Source of the DNA: a virus
Lineage: Duplodnaviria; Caudoviricetes
Virus record (IMG/VR): IMGVR_UViG_3300020045_003608
Span: 1-48,466 of that record
Length of the DNA: 48,466 nucleotides
Strand: one strand, 5' to 3'
In this document: positions 28,678 to 37,498 of the stretch, piece by piece
How positions within the stretch are numbered: position 1 is the stretch's first letter
How the letters are laid out: every line of letters begins with the position of its first letter
The notes under the pieces: generated by a model
Database searches by the model: none
Seen by the model: only the letters and a program-made list of their open reading frames with translations
What the model was told of the DNA's origin: nothing
Position numbers and translations under genes: made by a program

Positions 28678-29514
28678 ATGGAAGAAAAGATTTACTGTAT
28701 TTACAAACACACTGCACCTAATGGTAAATCTTATATTGGGCAAAGTTGTAGATACAAAGAAAGATGTAACAGTCACAAAAATTCAAAAGAGGATATTCCG
28801 TTCCCAAGAGCAATTAGAAAATATGGTTGGGATAACTTTAAGCACGAAATACTATTAAGTAATCTCACATTAGATAAAGCAAATAAATACGAAGAATTTT
28901 ATATCAGTGAACATAATACAATGACTCCTAATGGGTATAATGCTCAGACAGGAGGAAAGAATTGTAAAGTAAGTGATGAAACTAGAATGAAACATTCTAA
29001 GGCTCATAAAGGTGTTCCAAAAACGCAGGAGCATAAAGACAAAATAGGTCTTGCTCATAAAGGTAGAAAATTAAGTCCTGAACATATACAGAAACTTATA
29101 GACATCAATACTGGTAGAAAACTATCCCCAGAACATATTGCTAAAGTTGTAGCTTTTAAATTAGGAAAACCTTTATCAGAAGAAACAAAATCGAAAATAA
29201 GTCAAAGTAATACAGGTAAATCTAAGTCAAAATCGCACGTTGAAAATATGGTAAAGACAAAAGCTGAATTAAAATTCAAATCAGAATATGTATTATATAA
29301 GGAAAATATAGAATTGCTTTCAAATTATCAGGTAATTGGTGCATTACAATTATCCACATTAGTAGGTGTTGATAGAATGACGATTAAAAATAGAATTTAT
29401 GATAATTTATTTCCAAATGTCACAAGGGGTTTGACAGGAAGTAAACCTTGGATAATTCCAATCCACGACGTACACAATTACTACAACGACGGATTTTTAA
29501 AATATGGAGAATAG
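28678..29514 (+). CDS. GIY-YIG homing endonuclease with NUMOD3 repeats and C-terminal HTH
   Basis: CIYKHT..NGKSYIGQ, RAIRKYGWDNF, PNGYN..GG; overlaps the terminase start. Confidence 0.87.
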   Translation: MEEKIYCIYKHTAPNGKSYIGQSCRYKERCNSHKNSKEDIPFPRAIRKYGWDNFKHEILLSNLTLDKANKYEEFYISEHNTMTPNGYNAQTGGKNCKVSDETRMKHSKAHKGVPKTQEHKDKIGLAHKGRKLSPEHIQKLIDINTGRKLSPEHIAKVVAFKLGKPLSEETKSKISQSNTGKSKSKSHVENMVKTKAELKFKSEYVLYKENIELLSNYQVIGALQLSTLVGVDRMTIKNRIYDNLFPNVTRGLTGSKPWIIPIHDVHNYYNDGFLKYGE

Positions 29515-31486
29515 AAAAGTAATTTGGACACCTAATCCTGGTAGTCAATCATTAGCATTACAAGTACCTGCTGATATTGTCTGTGTACATGGGGGTAGAG
29601 GCGGAGGGAAGAGCGACACTCAGTTGTTTCGATACCGCCAAACAGTACACCAAGGGTACGGTAGGCACTGGAGGGGCTTAATCGTGGACAGAACCTACTC
29701 CGCTCTTGAAGATTTAATCAATAAAACTAAAAAATACTTTCCGTTATTTAACGACGGAGCGAGATTCCTCGAGAGTCGGGGCGCGTACAAATGGGTTTGG
29801 AAGGACGGAGCAGAGCTATTATTCCGTGCCGTCGCTGACGAAGATGATTATTCAAAATTGCATGGTCACGAATTTTGTCTACATATCAATGAGTTAATAG
29901 ATATTGAAGGTAAGGGTTTAGTTGAAATAAAAGACGTTATTGTAGGTGACAAAATTTTAACACCCGTTGGTTACAAGTCAATAACAAAAGTTTTTCCGAT
30001 ACAAGATAAAGAATGTAACACTGTTTATGTGTTTGATAAACAAAATAACATTATCGGACACCAGATTCAATCGACAGACCATAAACTTCTTACCAGTAAA
30101 ATTAGAGGTTTTCAGAAGGCTAAAAACAGACAATCCGTTGCGTTAATGAGCGATGTTGTTGGTGACGATTGGTTTCCGCATCCATATAAAACACATGAAT
30201 CAGTTTTCACTAAATTTAAGTTTGAAAGTGGCACGATTCAAGTTGCACCTTGCGGAATAAAACCAACAATTGACATTACAGTAGAAGACGTGAATTGTTA
30301 CGTCAGTCCAGTCACGCGATTGATTTCTCGTAACTGTTTTATTGGAATTAACGAGGCTACAAAATACCCAGATACTAAAGTGTTAGACTTACTAATGAGT
30401 TTAAACAGAACATCATTCGTACCCGAAGAAAACCCTCTACCAGACGGAACTGTTCTACCACCTATACCAATGTGTGTATTCATCACCACGAACCCTAGCG
30501 GCAGCGGACGATTACCATTCAAGCAGCGTTTCATTGATAAATCTGCGCCAGGAGAAATTCTGAAAACTGAAGTTGAAGTATTTAATCCTCGCACACAAGA
30601 AAAAGAAATTATCACAAAAACACAAGTACATATTTTTTCTAGTTGTTTAGAAAATCTACAATTAGACCCTTCCTATATAGCTGATTTACAATCAATATCT
30701 GACCCAATAAAACGCGCACAGTGGTATTTAGGCGACTGGGGTTCATGTGACGATACTGAAAATATGTTTGCTGATATATGGCAGCCCAATGTCCATGTGA
30801 TGAAACCGTTTGCAATACCTGAATCATGGAAAATCTATCGCTCTTACGACCACGGAGAAGCAAAGCCGTTTAGTGTTGGCTGGCACGCTATTTCTGACGG
30901 CTGCGATGTTGAATTACATGATAATAGAACTATCAGCACGGTGAAGGGTGATATTTTCAGAATTGCTGAGTGGTATGGTTGTGAAGTAGGAAAGCGTAAT
31001 ACAGGTCTTAGGATGCTTGCTACAGACATCGCAAAAGGCATCATAGAAAAAGAAATATCATTAGGGATTTACGGTAAAGTTATCCCAGGTGCAGCAGACA
31101 ATGCTATCTGGACAGTTGAAAATGGCAACAGTATCGCAGCATCAATGATGCGTCCAGTTAGATTAGATAGTGGACGTACCGTCTCAGGTGTAACATGGGC
31201 AAGGTCTGATAAAGGTTCTGGGAGTAGAGTAGTAGGTTGGTCTAATATGCGAAAGCATTTAGCTGGTGCAATTAAGCCCCTATCTGGAGTAAGAGAATAT
31301 GCGGGGTTATTTATCTTTGATACCTGTCATGATTTTATTAAATTAGTAGATACTATTCCAAGGGATAAAAATAACCCCGATGACATCGATACTAAGGCAG
31401 AGGATCACATTTTCGACGAAGCACGTTATTTTATCCTCTCCACCGCCACTGGCGCACGCTCAGGTAAAACAGTAGGTCTATCATGA
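29504..31486 (+). CDS. terL: terminase large subunit (contains an intein)
   Basis: Walker A GGRGGGKS, Walker B-like FIGINE, motif C TTNPSG, nuclease SYDHG...PDDIDTKAEDHIFDEARY. Confidence 0.93.
   Translation: MENRKVIWTPNPGSQSLALQVPADIVCVHGGRGGGKSDTQLFRYRQTVHQGYGRHWRGLIVDRTYSALEDLINKTKKYFPLFNDGARFLESRGAYKWVWKDGAELLFRAVADEDDYSKLHGHEFCLHINELIDIEGKGLVEIKDVIVGDKILTPVGYKSITKVFPIQDKECNTVYVFDKQNNIIGHQIQSTDHKLLTSKIRGFQKAKNRQSVALMSDVVGDDWFPHPYKTHESVFTKFKFESGTIQVAPCGIKPTIDITVEDVNCYVSPVTRLISRNCFIGINEATKYPDTKVLDLLMSLNRTSFVPEENPLPDGTVLPPIPMCVFITTNPSGSGRLPFKQRFIDKSAPGEILKTEVEVFNPRTQEKEIITKTQVHIFSSCLENLQLDPSYIADLQSISDPIKRAQWYLGDWGSCDDTENMFADIWQPNVHVMKPFAIPESWKIYRSYDHGEAKPFSVGWHAISDGCDVELHDNRTISTVKGDIFRIAEWYGCEVGKRNTGLRMLATDIAKGIIEKEISLGIYGKVIPGAADNAIWTVENGNSIAASMMRPVRLDSGRTVSGVTWARSDKGSGSRVVGWSNMRKHLAGAIKPLSGVREYAGLFIFDTCHDFIKLVDTIPRDKNNPDDIDTKAEDHIFDEARYFILSTATGARSGKTVGLS
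29876..30334 (+). mobile_element. mini-intein (153 aa, no endonuclease domain)
   Basis: Begins CLH, block B STDH, block F TIDITVE, ends SRN followed by Cys+1; removal restores LHGHEF-CFIGINE. Confidence 0.88.
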
Positions 31487-31740
31487 GTAGGACATTCCGT
31501 AACCGTGAACGCACTTACATCCAAGATATGCGTACATTTTTAGAATGGGAAATGTTATTCAACGCTAAATATAATTTGTTGAGTAAATATACAGAATCCT
31601 ACCTAAATAAAAAATTATCTAAATACTACACTGACTCCGCACATTTACATAAATCCGATTTGTGGGAATTTGCAGTACGATATAAGAAATTAAAACAACA
31701 ACCTTTAAGGGAAATTGATGGAAAACTTCAAAGACTATAA
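31483..31740 (+). CDS. hypothetical protein
   Basis: 85 aa, ATGA overlap with terL. Confidence 0.5.
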   Translation: MSRTFRNRERTYIQDMRTFLEWEMLFNAKYNLLSKYTESYLNKKLSKYYTDSAHLHKSDLWEFAVRYKKLKQQPLREIDGKLQRL

Positions 31741-31859
31741 ACCTCAGAAACAAGACAAACGCTCTAAGCCTGTGCGAGGTAAGCATAGGGAGGAATGATT
31801 AGGTGGATGTCAATAAGTATGTTATAGTAATCACTTAACTTAACCAAGGAGTATCAAAA

Positions 31860-32615
31860 ATGCAATACAAATTTGCACAAGATTTCAAACCTCATCATGT
31901 AGTTAAACCTTTCCAAATTCCTAGCAATTGGAAAATCATCAAGTCATTCGCTCACGGTTATAATGTGCCATTTATCGTAGCTTGGTTTGCTGTATCAGAT
32001 GAAGGTAAAGTGTACCTAATCAACCATGTAACAGGTACGCAAAAGTCAGTTAAAGAAATTGCAGATATTATCAAATCTACTCAAGATAACAATTTTATTT
32101 CATGTAATTACAATATCGCAGATAACGCTATCTTTTTTAAAGACGGTGAAACTAGCATTTACAAAGCATTAAGCAATAACGGCATCGAATTTAAACCAGC
32201 TAATAGCGCATTGGGTAGTCGTAGTACGGGCTGGAATAAACTTCACGAATTGTTGCAAAACAACAAATTCTTTATTTTTGCTGGTAATAGTGTGTTTACA
32301 GGAGAACTGTTTGCCGCTGAAGTTGATAGAAATGACCCTGATGATGTAGATTCGCGTTATACGAGACATTTAGATGTGATTCGGTATGCGTTGCAGGTTG
32401 TGGATGAGGTTACTATAAGCAGATTAACACCTACTGATGCTAAAAAAATTCAGAATGTGTTGTTACAATTGAAAACTGAAAATAAATCGCTAAATGGTAG
32501 AAATGAGTATTTGGAGGATGCTGTACAAGCTATTCTTGATAGAGAGTCGTTGCTGATAGATGAAGTAAAACGATTAGAAACTATACTTGCAAAACATTAT
32601 CTTTTAAGAAAATAA
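31860..32615 (+). CDS. degenerate duplicate of the TerL nuclease domain plus coiled coil
   Basis: Aligns by eye with the TerL C-terminal third; AGGAG RBS. Confidence 0.8.
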   Translation: MQYKFAQDFKPHHVVKPFQIPSNWKIIKSFAHGYNVPFIVAWFAVSDEGKVYLINHVTGTQKSVKEIADIIKSTQDNNFISCNYNIADNAIFFKDGETSIYKALSNNGIEFKPANSALGSRSTGWNKLHELLQNNKFFIFAGNSVFTGELFAAEVDRNDPDDVDSRYTRHLDVIRYALQVVDEVTISRLTPTDAKKIQNVLLQLKTENKSLNGRNEYLEDAVQAILDRESLLIDEVKRLETILAKHYLLRK

Positions 32616-32626
32616 AATTATTTCTA

Positions 32627-32652
32627 AGGAGAGGTAAAATCTCTCCTTTTTT
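32627..32652 (+). terminator. intrinsic terminator
   Basis: AAGGAGAG-loop-CTCTCCTT-TTTT. Confidence 0.6.
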
Positions 32653-32672
32653 AACACTCGGAGAATTATAAA

Positions 32673-32992
32673 ATGCGCCCTTTAGAATCATTGGTACAAG
32701 TATCACACAAACTACAACCTTACTTTAAAAGTAAATTATTTGAAGTAACTGCTGAAAATGAAAAGAACATGAGTTATATTTAAAACAAGATAGAATACTA
32801 TTTCTATGTGAGTGCGGTGGATTAAATACTTGCCCTCATGTGATTAGAGAAAAGGAATGGTATGAAGAAAGTAAACGTCGGAGAGCATTGGAATCACTAG
32901 AAAAAATTGCTAATAACAGTAGCAAATCTGACGATTCATTGATATACGGTATCACTGGAGTAATAGTAGGATTAGGATGCGCGTATGCGTAG
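32673..32992 (+). pseudogene. small gene split by a 1-nt frameshift
   Basis: MRPLESL...AENE continues KEHELYLKQ...CECGGLNTCPH...GVIVGLGCAYA if the A4 at 32761-32764 were A5. Confidence 0.5.
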
Positions 32993-33176
32993 AAACTACC
33001 ACATCAAATTGATTTCCAACGGTGAAGTTATCGATACAATCGCGTTATGCGCCTTCACTAACTATCAAGCGAAGAAAGAAGTTATCTACGATATTAAGAA
33101 TGATGAATATTGGCATATAAATGATATTGAATTGTACCGTAATGACGGTAAGATTATTAAGAAATTCGCACTTTAA
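32985..33176 (+). CDS. hypothetical protein
   Basis: 63 aa, AGGA RBS. Confidence 0.5.
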   Translation: MRRNYHIKLISNGEVIDTIALCAFTNYQAKKEVIYDIKNDEYWHINDIELYRNDGKIIKKFAL

Positions 33177-33382
33177 TTATACTCGGAGGAATCAAAATGA
33201 CACTATCTAACTCAAGAAGTAAAACCAAATCCATCCTACTAAGACACAAATTTAAAATTTATACCGGTTGCGTATGTCGAAGTTTCTTCAATAAAATGAT
33301 ACCTCACGATTGGTATTATCTAAAGTAGCTACTTATAAAACTTGACAAAAACCTTCCATTGTGATATAAGTAGTTATTAACA

Positions 33383-33607
33383 ATGGAGGGTTTAGTGCAT
33401 TTAAAATTAGGGAATAAGTTATGTAATTCATCTTTTTGGAAGTTATTACAAATTTTCATTAACCTACTGACAATTGGATTGCCTATTTTAACAATGATTT
33501 CACCGGAGTTTAACATTGACGCTAGTAAATTAGCAACTATTATCACAACTGTCGCTGCGATGAATTTATACTTAACAACCGCTACTACTGAGGACATTGG
33601 TTTATGA
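33383..33607 (+). CDS. small membrane protein, possible holin
   Basis: Two hydrophobic segments; start uncertain. Confidence 0.4.
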   Translation: MEGLVHLKLGNKLCNSSFWKLLQIFINLLTIGLPILTMISPEFNIDASKLATIITTVAAMNLYLTTATTEDIGL

Positions 33608-33649
33608 TTAAACTAACAATACCTACTAATCTAAGAAGGTTTATATCGT

Positions 33650-33856
33650 ATGAATAAACTAAAATTAACAATGACTACCGACCTAGCTAAACGCTATCAT
33701 ACAAAGAAATTCAAACGCTCGTTATCAGCCCTATACCAAAAGAAACTACTCCACGAGTTTAGAATATGCTTACAGTACGACGCGCTTCACAAAATACCTG
33801 TGATAATCACACTGTGGGAAATGTCTAAAGAATCTACTAAAGGAACTACTAAATGA
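33650..33856 (+). CDS. basic hypothetical protein
   Basis: 68 aa, overlaps the portal start. Confidence 0.45.
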   Translation: MNKLKLTMTTDLAKRYHTKKFKRSLSALYQKKLLHEFRICLQYDALHKIPVIITLWEMSKESTKGTTK

Positions 33857-35376
33857 TTAACGCAGCACACCCATTATATTCCGAGCAAATTGCAGACTGG
33901 CAACTACTCAGAGACAGCTACAAAGGCGAAGACGCTATCAAACGAAAAGGTGTAGCGTATCTACCCCCTACCGGTGGACAAACGTTAGACGGTATGACTT
34001 CTACACAAGATGTAGGCTTCCAAAACTATACTTCATACAAAACTCGCGCTATCTACCCCGATTACATCCACACAGCTATTGAATCTTATGTGGGTTTATT
34101 ACACAACAAACCTACAGCCATCACATTACCTCCTGAAATGGAATTCATGCGTGACAAGGCTACTATTACAGGAGATTCTCTTGATAACCTTCTACGTCGA
34201 ATTCATGTCCAACAACTTATTACTGGGCGTGTCGGTCTACTTTTAGATATTGAATCGAAAGCATCTACAGGTACGCCACAACCCTATATAGCAATGTATC
34301 ATGCTGAGAATATCTTAAATTGGGACGATGGGGATGTGATTGATGGCAAAAACGCATTGAATCTAGTCATGCTTGACGAGTCTAATTATTTTAGGTCATC
34401 AGACTTCACATGGTATTATCGCAATAAGTACCGTATCTTAACATTAGGCGACGTACTTCTGTTTGAAGATGAAAACGAAAACGCCGTTTACAAACAATCA
34501 GTATCAGAATCACAATCTTTAAATAGCGCAATTACAATTACTCCACAAGTTTATAGTCAACCATTAGAAGAAATCCCATTCGTATTTATCAATTCAAAAG
34601 ACATCCTCACTACACCTGATGTACCGCCGTTATTGGGACTTGCTCGAGCTTGTTTATCAATCTACCGAGCAGAAGCTGATTACCGTCACACGTTGTATAT
34701 GCAAGGTCAAGAAACACTTGTTGTGATTGGCGGTAATAACAACCCTGACGAAGAAACTCGCGTAGGTGCAGGTAGCAAAATTGAAGTTCACCCTGGCGGA
34801 GATGCTAAATTCATTGGTGTGTCATCAGCAGGTTTATCTGAGATGCGTCAGTCGCTTGAAAATGACCGTAGCGCAGCACAAGCTAAAGCAGGGCAGTTGC
34901 TTAACTCTAAATCTACACAAGAGTCAGGTGACGCTCTACGTCTTAGAATGGTTGCTCAAACAGCTAATCTTACGCAAATTGCAATCACTGCTGCGTATGG
35001 TGTAGAAAAACTACTCAAGATTTGTGCAGTATGGATGAAATGCGACCCTGAAATGGTTTCTGTGACCCCTAACCTAGACTTTGTGAATACGTCTATGCAC
35101 GGTCAAGATTATGTGCAGTTGATGCAAGCTATTGCGATGGGACTACCTTTGCAAGAAGAGTCAATCCATGACATCTTGCGTACGCAGAAGCTAACTACTA
35201 AGTCTTATGCTGAGGAATCTAAGGCTGCTAATAAGGAGCGTGAGGTTAGATTAGCTGCAACTATGACACAAGGTGAGCAAACTACTGCAACAAACGCTGA
35301 TGGTAACCCTGTAGGTACAGCTAAACCTGTGAGTAATCCTAGTAAAACTTTGAAACTAGGTGTCTCTAATAAGTAA
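33853..35376 (+). CDS. portal protein (DUF4055 type)
   Basis: HPLY..WQLLRD..GE..IK..G..YLP, YKTRA, GRVGLLLD, YHAENILNW, IPFVF, PPLLGLA; position after terL. Confidence 0.9.
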   Translation: MINAAHPLYSEQIADWQLLRDSYKGEDAIKRKGVAYLPPTGGQTLDGMTSTQDVGFQNYTSYKTRAIYPDYIHTAIESYVGLLHNKPTAITLPPEMEFMRDKATITGDSLDNLLRRIHVQQLITGRVGLLLDIESKASTGTPQPYIAMYHAENILNWDDGDVIDGKNALNLVMLDESNYFRSSDFTWYYRNKYRILTLGDVLLFEDENENAVYKQSVSESQSLNSAITITPQVYSQPLEEIPFVFINSKDILTTPDVPPLLGLARACLSIYRAEADYRHTLYMQGQETLVVIGGNNNPDEETRVGAGSKIEVHPGGDAKFIGVSSAGLSEMRQSLENDRSAAQAKAGQLLNSKSTQESGDALRLRMVAQTANLTQIAITAAYGVEKLLKICAVWMKCDPEMVSVTPNLDFVNTSMHGQDYVQLMQAIAMGLPLQEESIHDILRTQKLTTKSYAEESKAANKEREVRLAATMTQGEQTTATNADGNPVGTAKPVSNPSKTLKLGVSNK

Positions 35377-35408
35377 TATCCAAATAACCAACAAGTAGCA
35401 CATAAATC

Positions 35409-35437
35409 TTGACAAATCAACATCTATGTGCTAATAT
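35409..35437 (+). promoter_or_regulatory. sigma70-like promoter (CTTGACAAATCA family)
   Basis: TTGACA-17-TAATAT with TG extension. Confidence 0.65.
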
Positions 35438-35467
35438 CAATTTTTATTTTTAATTAAGGAGTATAAC

Positions 35468-35539
35468 ATGGCTAAAGCGAAAAAAGCAACACCTAAGAAA
35501 GCAACAGGTAAAATGCCAATGAAAGGTAAAGGCTGCTAA
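35468..35539 (+). CDS. 23-aa lysine-rich peptide
   Basis: MAKAKKATPKKATGKMPMKGKGC with TAAGGAG RBS, own promoter and a downstream hairpin (35548-35574). Confidence 0.6.
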   Translation: MAKAKKATPKKATGKMPMKGKGC

Positions 35540-35619
35540 TATCTTTTAAGTAGCTGCTTCACGGTAGCTACTTTTGTAACCATTAAACAAAACTAACTAA
35601 CCAACCTATTAGAGAAAAC

Positions 35620-36429
35620 ATGACTATTCAATTAAACGTACAAGAAGACAACTTAGATTCTGTACCAGCACAATTCCACGAATTATACACACAAGACGGT
35701 GATAAATTCAAACTATCTGGCATCAACGGCTTAAAGACATCTGAAGATGTCGCTAAATTAAGCGAGGCTATCCGTAAGGAACGTGAGAATCACGCATTAG
35801 CTAAAGTAGAATTGGCTGCGTATAAAGAAATCAATCTTGAGCCAGCGTTCATCATGGAGCAGTTGTCCTTAGTTGAGGAGCTTAAAGCTGCTAAAGAAGC
35901 CAAACAAGATGATGGTAAATTTGACCAAGCGGTTGCTTCTGTGGCAGACGCTAAAGCGAAAGCTGTCATTCGCCCACTCGAAGCTAAGTTGCAACAATTA
36001 GAGCAAGAATACTCTACAGCCACTGTGCGATTACAACAGTTTGAGCAAGAAAAGAAAGCTCGTATTATCACAGATAGCGTGCAGTCAGCAATTACCAAAC
36101 ACAAAATCTCACCTGAGTTTCATGAGCATATTCACTTGGTAGCTGAGCGTGAATTTGAAGTTGATGATAACACAAACCCAGTAACTCGTGATGGCTTACG
36201 CGGCGTGCCAGGTTACTTAAATCCTGAGTTATGGATTTCTGAATGTCAATCTCGTTACCCACATTGGTTTGGTACTCATGTAGGTGGTGGCGCAATGGGG
36301 TCTGGTAGTACAGCAGGCACTGTGAATCCATTTGCTGAAAAATCGTTTAATGCTACTGCACAAGCAAGAATGATTCGTGATAACCCTGCGTTAGCAGAAC
36401 GTATGAAACAGGCAGCTGGAGTTAGATGA
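35620..36429 (+). CDS. head scaffolding protein
   Basis: LDSVPAQFHELY, long coiled coil, PHWF..GGGA.G, NPF..FNAT.Q. Confidence 0.82.
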   Translation: MTIQLNVQEDNLDSVPAQFHELYTQDGDKFKLSGINGLKTSEDVAKLSEAIRKERENHALAKVELAAYKEINLEPAFIMEQLSLVEELKAAKEAKQDDGKFDQAVASVADAKAKAVIRPLEAKLQQLEQEYSTATVRLQQFEQEKKARIITDSVQSAITKHKISPEFHEHIHLVAEREFEVDDNTNPVTRDGLRGVPGYLNPELWISECQSRYPHWFGTHVGGGAMGSGSTAGTVNPFAEKSFNATAQARMIRDNPALAERMKQAAGVR

Positions 36430-36881
36430 TCATGCAAAGATATATCGGAGTAATCTTGATTAAAGCTATCGCTATGAAATTACTTGACGCTGAAAAACAA
36501 ATGCGATGCCAAATTTCATATAAAGTTGGTATTCCCGACAATGATAGGGATACGAATGGATATATTGTAACGTTACAAGAAGATTCATGTCCATATGATA
36601 TATGGATGACTAAAGAACAATTCGATAAAGAATATCGTCCAATTGACGGTATGACATTCGGTCTTGCAATTGAAGCGTTAAAACAAGGCAAAAAAGTTGC
36701 GCGTGCTGGTTGGAATGGAAATGGTATGTACCTTGAAGCTCAGTTTCCTGACGAGCGAAGCAAAATGACTCACCTATATCTTTTTATGACGATACCAGAA
36801 TGCAAAGAAGGTACACGAAGAATTCCTTGGCAACCAGCACAAGTAGATTTGTTCGGCGAAGATTGGAGTATCGTCGAATAA
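36426..36881 (+). CDS. DUF2829 / Tad2-like protein
   Basis: MTFGLAIEALKQGKKVARAGWNG..MYL...PWQPAQVDLFGEDW. Confidence 0.8.
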   Translation: MIMQRYIGVILIKAIAMKLLDAEKQMRCQISYKVGIPDNDRDTNGYIVTLQEDSCPYDIWMTKEQFDKEYRPIDGMTFGLAIEALKQGKKVARAGWNGNGMYLEAQFPDERSKMTHLYLFMTIPECKEGTRRIPWQPAQVDLFGEDWSIVE

Positions 36882-36907
36882 AAAACAAATTAACTTTCTC
36901 CAAGGTT

Positions 36908-36941
36908 GACCCAATCTGCTAATTTAGAGGTTGGGTTTTTT
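36908..36941 (+). terminator. intrinsic terminator
   Basis: GACCCAATCT...AGGTTGGGTT-TTTTT. Confidence 0.65.
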
Positions 36942-36963
36942 ATTATTAAACGAGGATTAAAAA

Positions 36964-37296
36964 ATGCGAATTGATATGAGCGAAACAAGCGAGACATCGG
37001 AATGCTTAAAATTTTTAGCGGTTGGAAGTCACGCTGAAGTTTATTTAGACGGTAACGATATTACTGATTCAGCGGTATTTGTAGCAGATGAAGAATTGGG
37101 TTATGTTGAAAGATATGCCTCCGACTATATGAAAAGCAGTCGTGCAAATCCATACCCTGACGATTTGCCAAAAACTGAAAAGGTATTTGGCAAAGTGGAA
37201 ATCAAGTTTATTAAACCGACAGGTGACGATGAGAATTCTCAGAATATCAGGTTGCTGATTGACGATATTGTTGATGTAGATAGAATTATTGAATAA
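36964..37296 (+). CDS. acidic hypothetical protein
   Basis: 110 aa, GAGGA RBS. Confidence 0.65.
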   Translation: MRIDMSETSETSECLKFLAVGSHAEVYLDGNDITDSAVFVADEELGYVERYASDYMKSSRANPYPDDLPKTEKVFGKVEIKFIKPTGDDENSQNIRLLIDDIVDVDRIIE

Positions 37297-37364
37297 CAAT
37301 TTGAAGATTTTGTGATAGCGGTTTTTATTTACTTTAAAATAAAAACGTAGTACACTATTAGAGC

Positions 37365-37498
37365 TTGACATTTGCATGAATCTATGATTTAATATGCACA
37401 GTGTCTCAGCACGAAAACAATTATCAAATATCCTTATATGTAACGGCTGTTGGGTTTTTATTGTACCCTCTGAGAGCAGCCACCATAAAGGACTCAAA
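37365..37498 (+). promoter_or_regulatory. promoter plus class II structured leader
   Basis: TTGACA-17-TTTAAT; TCTCAG (37404) / CTGAGA (37470) crossing TCCTTATATG..GGCTGT / GCAGCC..CATAAAGGA (RBS). Confidence 0.65.
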
